From an uncultured virus (IMG/VR IMGVR_UViG_3300020438_000025) (lineage: Duplodnaviria > Heunggongvirae > Uroviricota > Caudoviricetes), in IMG/VR virus record IMGVR_UViG_3300020438_000025: a stretch of 64,000 nt of DNA; one strand, written 5' to 3'. The translations under genes were made by a program, and so were the position numbers. Below the pieces are notes generated by a model. That model searched no databases, was not told the DNA's origin, and saw nothing but the letters and a program-made list of their open reading frames with translations. This document shows positions 7,298-16,402 of this stretch, in pieces; positions within the stretch are counted from its first letter, which is position 1; every line of letters begins with the position of its first letter.

Positions 7298-8942
7298 TTT
7301 GTTCATCTTCTGTGTCAATATAATCTTGGTCTGGATCGTCCGCAGACTGCGCCTGCGGTTGTTGAGCTTTGACTTGTTGTGTATCTAATTTTTCTATATC
7401 TGCAAGTTCCTTCAGCAGATCTCCCATTTCAACTAGATTCCTTACAGAACCGCTGGACAGTCGAGAACCAAATTTAACCAACAGTGCTTTTGGATCTAGC
7501 TTTGCTCCGTATTTTCCTAGTTTCTTAGTGGCAACATCTTTCAACAACACACCATAGATTTGGATTGACATCTTTGTTTTGTCATAGAACATTTGTAAAT
7601 CATACAAACTTAGTGCATCATAAAGACGATCATCGAATGCTAATTCTTTGTAAGGTGTGGCTTTATTCAATGACAGTATTACCATTGTAACACCTTTTTC
7701 CATACGAGTCGCATGCAACACGATGTTATTATATAGGGTTCTTACTAGATCAAATTCTTTTGCTAAATTATCATCTTTTACATAAAGATTAACTTGTTTT
7801 GCAGCTTCGTCGTATAATTTTTGGAATGGACCTTTTGAAAAATTAAACAACGCTGCTGAACTATCTTTATCGTTAATTGGTGTCTTAAATCCAAATTGAG
7901 TTTTAAAATTAGACGATAATGTAATGCCTACAGTTTGTTCAAAGAAACTCTGTAAATTTTCAAATGTGCCTCCGCTTACCTGTCCAAATTGACCAACCGT
8001 GCCTGCCTTTAAACTTAACAACCTAGTTACAGTGCCATCATATAAGATTTTTAAATCTACTTTAGTAATAGACTGGTTCTCGGCATCACCTCCATCTGAT
8101 ATAATTTCCACAAGATTTTCGTTTGGATCTGCTTTTGCTTTATCAACAGCAACTTTTGCCCTGTCACTGGTATTAGCATATATTACAGCATTACGAACGT
8201 GTTCTTGCATGCCTGTGACAGTTTTGGTAGGACATTCATACTCTTTAACAAGAGTAAAATCTTTGACACTTGTGTCCATTGGATTACCTTCGGTCATCCA
8301 AACTTTCAATCCTTTAGTGCTTTTAGCATTTAACTTCAGGAGATAACTTACTTGATCATTTGCAATAGATTTGTCTTCATAGTCTGTGACACCTCTTGCT
8401 ATTTTATCCTTTGATACTACCACTTTCTTAAGGACATCTATTAACATAGCTTGATCAATATTCCTGCCTCCTTGTATGAATTTAGCAGTGATTGCTGCAC
8501 CTAGCACAGCCTCAGCTATGTCACCTAGATTTGGGACTAACGAGCCAGTTGCAGCATCTGTTTTAAGCATGTCAGGCAGATACATAGCTTCTCCGTCAAC
8601 AAAAAACACAGTATAATTAATTATGTCATCTACGTCGGTATTTAGATTCCCAGCCCATTTTTCCCATGCATCGACAGTTGTCTTGCGGTTATATTTCATA
8701 ATACTGTCAATTTTTCCATACTTTGCAATATTTTTCTTTTTATCTATCATCCATAGGAAAGTTTTCTCTTTACGGATACTCTTTGCAATTGAGTTAATAT
8801 ACTTGCGTGGATTGGGATTTTTAGATGTTATATCTTTGTTGAATTGTTTTCTAGCCATGTTCACAGATGGAATAGGAATTAATTCACCATCTACAAAAGC
8901 TTCTTTTTCCTGTAACTCAACTTTAAATTCTTTAAATCGCAT
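7287..8942 (-). CDS. Probable virion-internal protein with a PD-(D/E)XK nuclease-like motif
   Basis: MRFKEF...E N-terminus resembling T4 capsid-targeting sequences; GDIAE...KVDL...LSLK motif; ATAAATA at 8961-8967. Confidence 0.6.
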   Translation of the reverse strand: MRFKEFKVELQEKEAFVDGELIPIPSVNMARKQFNKDITSKNPNPRKYINSIAKSIRKEKTFLWMIDKKKNIAKYGKIDSIMKYNRKTTVDAWEKWAGNLNTDVDDIINYTVFFVDGEAMYLPDMLKTDAATGSLVPNLGDIAEAVLGAAITAKFIQGGRNIDQAMLIDVLKKVVVSKDKIARGVTDYEDKSIANDQVSYLLKLNAKSTKGLKVWMTEGNPMDTSVKDFTLVKEYECPTKTVTGMQEHVRNAVIYANTSDRAKVAVDKAKADPNENLVEIISDGGDAENQSITKVDLKILYDGTVTRLLSLKAGTVGQFGQVSGGTFENLQSFFEQTVGITLSSNFKTQFGFKTPINDKDSSAALFNFSKGPFQKLYDEAAKQVNLYVKDDNLAKEFDLVRTLYNNIVLHATRMEKGVTMVILSLNKATPYKELAFDDRLYDALSLYDLQMFYDKTKMSIQIYGVLLKDVATKKLGKYGAKLDPKALLVKFGSRLSSGSVRNLVEMGDLLKELADIEKLDTQQVKAQQPQAQSADDPDQDYIDTEDEQTRA

Positions 8943-8980
8943 AATAGAAATCCTTTTACGTATTTATTCTATGTAAAAGA

Positions 8981-9520
8981 TTATAGCCATGGCTCGCTAT
9001 CTGCGGTTCCTGGTCCGTCATATTTTTTTGGTGGTAGGTAACGATTATGATCCATATCGTGTATCGTAAATAATCCGCCTTCACTCTTGTTTGTACCCTG
9101 ACCTGCAGACTCAGTGCTTACCGTGGGTAAGTGTCCTGCATCTCCATCAACAAAGTCGCCGTCAAAGAATCCCTGCTGCACAAGACCCTCGCCTTTCCTA
9201 CGCATAGCATCCTGTAGTTTCTTGTGGCGGTCTTCTGTATAATCTATTTGATATGCGATTGGTTCTGTTTCATTATCATGTACTACCCACATGTAAAGAT
9301 ACTCTTCGTTCGTGCTTGCGTAACTTAAGAATTCAAAAGGAATAGTCTTTAGTTTGACTGTAGGATATCCTAACACTGTGTCAAAATAATAATAAAGTCC
9401 AACCGCACTAGCCATAGTTACTGGAATGATATAGTAGAGATGTACGCTGGATTTAGTTGAAATCAGAGCATAGATAACAATCAAACTAACTACTATGCAG
9501 ATAAACAAGAAATAAGTCAT
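8981..9520 (-). CDS. Membrane-anchored protein, third gene of the ExbB/ExbD-like module
   Basis: Two N-terminal TM helices, LGYP motif and a soluble C-terminal domain; ATGA-coupled to the upstream gene. Confidence 0.8.
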   Translation of the reverse strand: MTYFLFICIVVSLIVIYALISTKSSVHLYYIIPVTMASAVGLYYYFDTVLGYPTVKLKTIPFEFLSYASTNEEYLYMWVVHDNETEPIAYQIDYTEDRHKKLQDAMRRKGEGLVQQGFFDGDFVDGDAGHLPTVSTESAGQGTNKSEGGLFTIHDMDHNRYLPPKKYDGPGTADSEPWL

Positions 9521-10146
9521 GGTCCGTGTTTCCTTACAAGATTCTTAGGAAGATAGTTTATATTTTCTACAAGTCCTGCTGGAGTTATTTTGAATCTCAC
9601 AAATGTTTCTTCTTGTCCGTGGGCCGAAAAAACTTTTGAACTATTGTGAATAACTTGAAATGGGTTTAGTCGCAACACTTCAACAGTAACATTTGCATCA
9701 CCTGATATATGTTTAGGATGAGCACCTACGTTCCCATGACTGTATAGATGTGCATTTACAGTATACTTTCCAGACTCTAGTGCTCTAAGCGAAACTATTT
9801 CTCTGTTTATCCTTACAAATTTGACTTCGCCGTCGGCTGTGATAAAAGTGTCATTGCGTGTACCTAGATCATCCTTATCAAGATGTAAACTGCCTTTGTT
9901 CGGAGAAACATAGCTTACAATCCCACTAGGTGAATCTATCCATAGATCCATATCAGCTGTATGCATGTCATCCCAACTAAGGATGACCAGTATTTCAGCT
10001 TTCTGTTCTATGTCTGCAGTTTTTTCAGGTGTGTTGATTAATAAGAAACTTATTAAGAATAACATTACAAATCCTAGCATGAGATTAAACAATAAATCAA
10101 TAAAAGCTAGATTTGAAATGTATCTATTATCCATCAGTGCTCTCAT
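9517..10146 (-). CDS. ExbD/TolR/MotB-like single-TM protein with a YfaP/DUF2135-like domain
   Basis: NLAFIDLLFN TM segment with the conserved Asp, followed by LSWDD..ADMDLWIDSP..LDKDD..NREIV..GKYTVNAHLY. Confidence 0.75.
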   Translation of the reverse strand: MRALMDNRYISNLAFIDLLFNLMLGFVMLFLISFLLINTPEKTADIEQKAEILVILSWDDMHTADMDLWIDSPSGIVSYVSPNKGSLHLDKDDLGTRNDTFITADGEVKFVRINREIVSLRALESGKYTVNAHLYSHGNVGAHPKHISGDANVTVEVLRLNPFQVIHNSSKVFSAHGQEETFVRFKITPAGLVENINYLPKNLVRKHGP

Positions 10147-10570
10147 CTATTAACACTAATTGCAGTTTTAGTATCACACTACAAACCAATCCTATCAATG
10201 TGGTCCATAATGCAGTTCCCATGCCAGTAGCCATGATAGCTAGTGCATCCTGTACACTAGCAGTGTCATCAACATTTATGTCAGTAAACACTGTGGTCAG
10301 CATGTATATAAATCCTACTACTGTGCCAATCATACCTATGCTTAACATGGTTTCACTAACAAACCATTCTTGCACGGTATCAAATGCCTTTTTAATATGT
10401 AATTTATATCCAAGCCTTAGAGAGAAAAGGAAGAATAAACCTAGGATAAGCCAACTTAGTTTTGTTATATCATTTTCATATAATTGATGGATGAATCCAA
10501 AGAACCAACTTATTGTTATGATTAATATACTGAAACAAAAGATAGTCCACCATTTTAATTTTATTTGCAT
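10127..10570 (-). CDS. MotA/TolQ/ExbB proton-channel family protein
   Basis: IGMIGTVVGFI and GMGTALWTTLIGL signature TM helices; AGGA RBS. Confidence 0.9.
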   Translation of the reverse strand: MQIKLKWWTIFCFSILIITISWFFGFIHQLYENDITKLSWLILGLFFLFSLRLGYKLHIKKAFDTVQEWFVSETMLSIGMIGTVVGFIYMLTTVFTDINVDDTASVQDALAIMATGMGTALWTTLIGLVCSVILKLQLVLIDESTDG

Positions 10571-10587
10571 CTAAATTCCTGTTATTG

Positions 10588-10595
10588 TATTTATA
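10588..10595 (-). promoter_or_regulatory. T4-type late promoter TATAAATA
   Basis: Exact T4 late consensus, 17 nt upstream of the MotA/ExbB-like start codon. Confidence 0.7.
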
Positions 10596-10625
10596 TTGTA
10601 AATAAACCATTTATTAACAAAGAGA

Positions 10626-12263
10626 CTATGGATTTTTCCATTGTGCAAATGTAACTGCGTTTACATCTGTTGAATGAACATAGTCTGAACTATCTTGTGT
10701 CCTTATCCTCCCCTGTCCGTACACAATATCGTAATCTCTATAGGCAACTGGTCTTTGTACTGTCACATCTATGTATTCTCCGTAATCTGTACCAAGTGTT
10801 AAAAAAGTTACCCATCTTCCGTTCTTGTTACGGAAAGCTCTGCCATTGGCAATCACTCCTGCAAATTCTATCCTATCTAACCATTGTTGTCGTACGCCTA
10901 ATCCTTCAGGAAATTCTCGTTGCCACCAACCTGGTTTAGTTGGTAAGTTCATCCTATGTGCTTCACATTGATATACCCAAGATCTATAACTGCCTTGGCA
11001 GTGTTTTAAACATGCAGCCCAAAAATCTCTCTTACGATGTGCCTTTTGATATGCTAAGGCCCAGATCAATCTACCTAGGTTTACAGCATGAGCCCTGCAT
11101 AGACCGAAACCTCCTAGTTCTTGCAGTGCTGCCATAGCTTCGTGTTTACGAGGATGATCGCCTAGTTTCTGCATAAACTCAAGTATGCGTTCGTCATTCT
11201 TTTTGGCAAATGCACGCCGATACATGTCAGCTTCATAGTGATCTACGTCTATAATATTAGATATTATTTCAATAGCATCATCTTCAAACACAATAGCATC
11301 TTGCACTGCTTCCTGACTCCAATCATGGAACATGCTTGCTTTTTGTCTACCACTGAGTGCGACAGGGCGTATCAGTGCTGTAGCAAATACACAATCTTCT
11401 ACAGAGGTTGGTTGTAGAGCACGGAATAGTCTGCGCATTGCAGGAGACTCTCCTTGCGTAACACCTAGCACATCTCCCCTACACAATAACTCACTAGTAG
11501 CTGGATCAGTCCTTGGATATTCTGTAAGTGCAGTGTCAGGATCAATTTCTAGTAGCTGTGACAACCCTCGATTAGCTAATATGTCTACTTTAAGGTGTTC
11601 AAGATCTTCCACTTCATATTTGTCTAACAATATTTGATTATCTGCTGATATAAGACTCTTTGGCAATTTCCTAGTAAACATTACAATACCTCCGCAGTGT
11701 TTACTAATGCAACGTTTTTTTCCTAATAGCTTGTATTCAATACGTTTTGCTTCTTTAGGATCAACTCCAGCAGATTCATAACTAAACCCTCTTTTGAGAT
11801 TTCCTACAGCACCTAATCTTTTTGCTGCTTCTCTGCGAGCACTCTTTTCTTTGTAAGTTACATAGTTACTGAGTCTTGCAGTCTTGCCAGGCCACTTGCG
11901 GAATATCCTCTGCATTACTTCAAGTTGCTGATGATGTTCAAAGTCAATGTCAACATCAGGAAGGTCGTCACGCATGGGATTCATAAAACGTGCAACAGGT
12001 ATTCGCCATTTGATAGGATCAACATCTGTGATACCTAGTAGATAACAAATAAGACTAGAACCTGCACTGCCTCTAGTCATATGTGTTAAATCTCGAGTGA
12101 GATCAATTATATCACATATCTGTAAAAAATAATTTGTGAATCTTTGATTAAGTATAAGTTCAAATTCTTCAACAAGCCTTAACTTATACTCTTCGCCTGT
12201 GGGGAGGTCTCTCTTAAAGCGATTCATTAATCGCTGGATGTTTTCTAAATCTGTATTTGCCAT
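10626..12263 (-). CDS. dnaE: Compact DNA polymerase III alpha (family C) lacking the PHP domain
   Basis: RGSAGSSLICYLLGITDVDP, PDVDIDF, KHCGGIV, KVDIL, GVTQGES and CRAHA motifs; C-terminal OB-like region. Confidence 0.9.
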   Translation of the reverse strand: MANTDLENIQRLMNRFKRDLPTGEEYKLRLVEEFELILNQRFTNYFLQICDIIDLTRDLTHMTRGSAGSSLICYLLGITDVDPIKWRIPVARFMNPMRDDLPDVDIDFEHHQQLEVMQRIFRKWPGKTARLSNYVTYKEKSARREAAKRLGAVGNLKRGFSYESAGVDPKEAKRIEYKLLGKKRCISKHCGGIVMFTRKLPKSLISADNQILLDKYEVEDLEHLKVDILANRGLSQLLEIDPDTALTEYPRTDPATSELLCRGDVLGVTQGESPAMRRLFRALQPTSVEDCVFATALIRPVALSGRQKASMFHDWSQEAVQDAIVFEDDAIEIISNIIDVDHYEADMYRRAFAKKNDERILEFMQKLGDHPRKHEAMAALQELGGFGLCRAHAVNLGRLIWALAYQKAHRKRDFWAACLKHCQGSYRSWVYQCEAHRMNLPTKPGWWQREFPEGLGVRQQWLDRIEFAGVIANGRAFRNKNGRWVTFLTLGTDYGEYIDVTVQRPVAYRDYDIVYGQGRIRTQDSSDYVHSTDVNAVTFAQWKNP

Positions 12264-12330
12264 TGTGCCTTTCTATGCCTACACAGATTTATTTAAATCA
12301 AAAAAATATATAAACAATTAATAATGACTT

Positions 12331-12618
12331 TTAAAAATAGTTGAATTTATCATCTGTAATCTTACGAGCTTCCATTTCAAAAGGATTATTCCAATAACCA
12401 TGTCTGCAACTGTAGTAGACATACAACAAAACAAATTTAAACCATCCATGTTCGGCAAACTGATCCATGTGTACTTCTTCATGGATTTTAAGTTTTATGT
12501 TTTTAAGATTGCTGGGCGTCCTGTACAAAGCTATATTTTTACTAATAGTAATTGCTGCAAATTTCTTTGGAAAGAAAAAAGAAATGTATTTGGGCATTAA
12601 TAAATGTTGTTTTTCCAT
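12331..12618 (-). CDS. Small zincin-like HExxH protein (DUF4157-like)
   Basis: AAITI, HEEVHMDQF and GYWNNPFEMEAR motifs. Confidence 0.75.
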   Translation of the reverse strand: MEKQHLLMPKYISFFFPKKFAAITISKNIALYRTPSNLKNIKLKIHEEVHMDQFAEHGWFKFVLLYVYYSCRHGYWNNPFEMEARKITDDKFNYF

Positions 12619-12619
12619 A

Positions 12620-13453
12620 TTAACCTACAAAAGCCTTTTCCACTACGTAGTCTCCTGGTGTGTTAGTATTACCTTCTTTGAATCCATTTGATTCGAGTAT
12701 TGTTTTTAAGTCTTCGTTAAATGCCATTGAGCCACACAGCATTACTTTATCTTCAGTAGGATTCATGTTTGGTAACACTCTTTTTTGTTCTATTTGTTCT
12801 TGTATGCGTCCTTGGAATCCTTTATATCCTTTATCCTGTGTTACTGTTGCTAAAAAATTTACTCTGTTGCGATAAAAAAAATCTTTGTAAGGATCAAGTT
12901 CTCTAGGAGTCCTTACTGTCCAAGTTACATTTACTTCTTTAAAGTTCCAAAAAATATCACGCTGCCTTACTAAACTTATAAAAGGAGCAATGCCAGTTCC
13001 AGTTGCTAATAACCAAAGATTTTTACCCGGTGTAAGATTTTCTAACAACAGTGTGCCAGTTGATTTACTACCTACTTCTAAAGTGTCTCCTGGTTGGATA
13101 TTTTTTAATCTCGATGTAAGTTTTCCATTTGGAACTTTTATGCTGTAAAATTCTAAGAAATCATCAGTAGGAGAACTTGTGATACTGTATGCTCTTTTTG
13201 TTTTGTCTCCTAAACCAATCATAACAAACTCACCAGCTTTAAATAAATAACCGTTTGGTTTAGTTGTTTCAAATCGAAATAATTTGTCTGTGTAATGATG
13301 CACTTCTGTGACTTCTACGGTATGTTTATTTGCTGCAGGTTTATCGTACTCGTTACGTGTTTTCCATTCTGCAAGTTCTCTTTGCCATTCTTCTTCTGAC
13401 AAGCCATGCCATCCCCTACAAAAATCTGGGCTACGTCCGCATCCACAACTCAT
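12620..13453 (-). CDS. fpr: Ferredoxin-NADP+ reductase with an N-terminal CDGSH-like Fe-S module
   Basis: RAYSITS, GKLTSRL, ATGTGIAPF, MLCGS and C-terminal VEKAF; N-terminal CGCGRSPDFCRGWH. Confidence 0.9.
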   Translation of the reverse strand: MSCGCGRSPDFCRGWHGLSEEEWQRELAEWKTRNEYDKPAANKHTVEVTEVHHYTDKLFRFETTKPNGYLFKAGEFVMIGLGDKTKRAYSITSSPTDDFLEFYSIKVPNGKLTSRLKNIQPGDTLEVGSKSTGTLLLENLTPGKNLWLLATGTGIAPFISLVRQRDIFWNFKEVNVTWTVRTPRELDPYKDFFYRNRVNFLATVTQDKGYKGFQGRIQEQIEQKRVLPNMNPTEDKVMLCGSMAFNEDLKTILESNGFKEGNTNTPGDYVVEKAFVG

Positions 13454-14883
13454 ATTTGTTCTTCCGTGTTAAGTGTGTTTAAAAAATCTTTAAGTTTACC
13501 GCTATCAGTTTGTGCTTTGATCTTACCAACATTATCACCCTGTTCTAGCGAGGCGTCTGTGTGATTAGATTGTGTATTAGCTTGTCTTTTGATCTGATCA
13601 AACACTGTGCTTTTTTGCTTTGAAAATTGTTTATAATCATCATCTTCGTTCATATCACGTATTCTTAAATTATCTATATCAAATTCAAGATCTATCTTTT
13701 GCCCAACACCACTGCTGTTCCTTGTTTTCATTAACTGTATTTGATATCTACCACGTTCACGCATTGCTCTACTGGTAAAGATACCAATTACATTATCCGC
13801 TGTTTGTATTTTACTTAACCCTCCTGATATATGTGAATGATCAAATTCGATTTCTTCAACACTAGCTCTATTAAGTTGACTAGCTGTAACAAACAATGCA
13901 TTGCTTTCCATTGCTAAATTACGAAGTTCTTCACTAACATATTTGTCCTTGACAAAGAGATTTTCAGCAGATATTTTCTTAGCAATAGGCATCATTAAAT
14001 CTAAGTAATCTACAAGTATTACATCAACTTTCCTATTAGTTTTAATTTCATATTCTTTAACATAGCTTCGTAAGTCGTTTGCATTTTTACCACTTGGCAT
14101 ATACTTAACCTGTAATGCTCCGCTTTTCTTGCCAATCATCTTGACTTTCATTTCTACATCATCAAGATTTTTAAATATTTCTCTAGTAGGTATATCAGTA
14201 ACCATACTGTCAATACGCATGCTTACAATATTTTCACTTAATTCAAAAGTTAAGTATAGGACATTCTGTCCAGCTAGAGCCCAATTGACTGCTAAGTTAG
14301 CAAGGAATAAACTTTTACCTGCGCCAGATCCACCAGCGAATATATTTAATTCTCCCCTATTAAACCCTCCAAACAATCTCTTGTCCAGGGTAGTCCAACC
14401 TGTGCTTACTTGTCCGTTGTTGCTTTTTATCTCCTCTAATCTACTACGAGGATCTCTCCAATAATCTGTACCAAGATTTTTTTGCAATCCAATCTGTACT
14501 GCAGTTTTAACAAGATCTTCTACAGGTCCATATTCTCCTTTTTCTAAATGGTCAGCACTTTGGAGTATCGCAGACTCTAACGCTTTGTGTCTGCTAAATG
14601 TTTCAAATTCTTGTAATAACCAGTCATAATGTTGTTCTTGTAATTGACCTGCAGCAGATAATTTAATGTTGCAAACTGCATTGATCATATCAAGAGTAGG
14701 CAATGCATTGTGTTCACTGACATAATTTTTTAAGAATTCTGCTGCTGGTTGTAGTCGTCTATCAAATGTTTTCGGATCAAATACTCCTTGGCATCGGATA
14801 AAAGATTCAGCATCTGTTAAGAACATTTCGAGATATACTTTTTGTATATCATAACCATAATCTACATTCTGTCTTGTTGGCAT
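13450..14883 (-). CDS. gp41: DnaB-like replicative helicase (T4 gp41-like)
   Basis: GGSGAGKS, ILVDYLDLM, TASQLNR and MKTRN motifs. Confidence 0.93.
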   Translation of the reverse strand: MPTRQNVDYGYDIQKVYLEMFLTDAESFIRCQGVFDPKTFDRRLQPAAEFLKNYVSEHNALPTLDMINAVCNIKLSAAGQLQEQHYDWLLQEFETFSRHKALESAILQSADHLEKGEYGPVEDLVKTAVQIGLQKNLGTDYWRDPRSRLEEIKSNNGQVSTGWTTLDKRLFGGFNRGELNIFAGGSGAGKSLFLANLAVNWALAGQNVLYLTFELSENIVSMRIDSMVTDIPTREIFKNLDDVEMKVKMIGKKSGALQVKYMPSGKNANDLRSYVKEYEIKTNRKVDVILVDYLDLMMPIAKKISAENLFVKDKYVSEELRNLAMESNALFVTASQLNRASVEEIEFDHSHISGGLSKIQTADNVIGIFTSRAMRERGRYQIQLMKTRNSSGVGQKIDLEFDIDNLRIRDMNEDDDYKQFSKQKSTVFDQIKRQANTQSNHTDASLEQGDNVGKIKAQTDSGKLKDFLNTLNTEEQI

Positions 14884-14887
14884 ATTA

Positions 14888-16399
14888 TTATGAAAAAACT
14901 TTTGTATTATACATTATAGCAAATTTATCTGCATCTGTCAAATTGTTTACCATTGGTTTGCCTTTTATATTTAAACTGGTGTTAAGTAAAATTGGACAAC
15001 CTGTTATTTCATACCATCTTTCCAACAGCGTCCTAAAACCCGTGTTATCTTTCTTTGTAACCGTTTGAACTCTGCTGGTTCCGTCTGCGTGGATAACTGC
15101 AGGGTATCTTTTAGGATATTTACAATGTGAGGTGTATTGCATATAACGTCCGTATGGTGGCCGAAATATTCTGTCTGCATGTTCTTGGAGTACTGCAGGC
15201 GCAAATGGTCTAAATTTTTGACGTTGTTTAATTTCGTTGACCCTATCCTTAATATTGCTAGCACGAGGGTCAGCAAGAAGACTACGATTACCAAAAGCAC
15301 GAGGACCGAACTCGGCTCTTCCTGATGCAACCCCTGCAATACCTGTTTGTAAAAGTTCTTGAATGATTTCATCAACTGGATATTCTCCTCCTATATCATA
15401 GCCAAGGAAAGGTCCTGACCATTCAGTGTGTTCTTCTTTATGTGCAAGTACTGCTCCTATACTAGAACCAGCATCACCTGGATTGGGCATGATCCATACA
15501 TTTTTCCAATCATTTTCTATAATTTTATTTGCTGCACAATTCAAAGCACATCCTCCCATAAAAACAAAATTTTTATTTGGAAAATAATTTTTAATATTTT
15601 TACTTATAAAATTCAGTAACTCTTCGTATGCAGCCTGTACACTTGCTGCTGTGTCATATGCCCATTGTGTAAATATCTGTTGTCCATTTATAATATCAAA
15701 TGCTTTTTCTGTTGGGTGCCACCACATGCACCCTCGGTGTAAATTTTCTTTACATTTTACAGTAGGAAAATTAAACCAATACTTAGTGTGTAATTCTTCA
15801 AAATTAAAAAACTTTTCAAGTATATCATTTTTATAAATTGGTTTACCATATGCAGCCATACCCATTAATATGTATTCATCTTCATTTGGTTTCAATCCTA
15901 TGCGTTGTGTAAAAGCACTATACCACAAGCCAATGCTGTTAGGAAAATTTGTACTATGAACTTTCTTTATCTTGTTCTTATTTGCAGTCCATATTGTTAA
16001 TGTGTTAAATTCACCAATAGCATCTATCACAAGTATTGTAGCATTTGTAAATTTGCTTGTGAAATATCCAGCAGCAGCATGACTATGATGGTGGTTAATG
16101 ATTTTGATAGGAACAGAAATGTTGTATTTTTTCAAATATTTTTTGACATTGTTTTCCCTAAACCTTAAACCTTGTCCTGCTGATAGTTGACGTATAGATT
16201 TCAACATTGGATTCTCATACCAAACAACTTGTTGTGGATATCCCCAACGTTGTGCGTACCGTATGATATCTACATTCAAATGTCGATCATTTTTAAGTCC
16301 ACTAAATCTTTCTGTATGACTTGCAAATACAATATCGTTGTCATGAAATACTGCCAATGCAGCATCATGACTGTTAGCACTTATTCCCCAAATAATCAT
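14888..16399 (-). CDS. NodU/CmcH-family carbamoyltransferase
   Basis: HDAA, ERFS, HHHSHAA, DAIGE, MGMAAYG, GGCALNC, EFGPRAFGNRS, FRPFAP and LLNTSLN motifs. Confidence 0.95.
   Translation of the reverse strand: MIIWGISANSHDAALAVFHDNDIVFASHTERFSGLKNDRHLNVDIIRYAQRWGYPQQVVWYENPMLKSIRQLSAGQGLRFRENNVKKYLKKYNISVPIKIINHHHSHAAAGYFTSKFTNATILVIDAIGEFNTLTIWTANKNKIKKVHSTNFPNSIGLWYSAFTQRIGLKPNEDEYILMGMAAYGKPIYKNDILEKFFNFEELHTKYWFNFPTVKCKENLHRGCMWWHPTEKAFDIINGQQIFTQWAYDTAASVQAAYEELLNFISKNIKNYFPNKNFVFMGGCALNCAANKIIENDWKNVWIMPNPGDAGSSIGAVLAHKEEHTEWSGPFLGYDIGGEYPVDEIIQELLQTGIAGVASGRAEFGPRAFGNRSLLADPRASNIKDRVNEIKQRQKFRPFAPAVLQEHADRIFRPPYGRYMQYTSHCKYPKRYPAVIHADGTSRVQTVTKKDNTGFRTLLERWYEITGCPILLNTSLNIKGKPMVNNLTDADKFAIMYNTKVFS
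14913..14941 (-). promoter_or_regulatory. Consensus sigma70 promoter for the helicase, inside the 3' end of the carbamoyltransferase gene
   Basis: TTGACA-17 bp-TATAAT with an extended -10 TG. Confidence 0.75.
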
Positions 16400-16402
16400 T
16401 TT

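Noticed and set aside
8981..10570. Calling the motor module a bona fide Zorya system
   Set aside because: The MotA-like protein lacks the long ZorA tail, the partner lacks an OmpA-like domain, and no ZorC/D/E genes are recognisable; kept only as an analogy.
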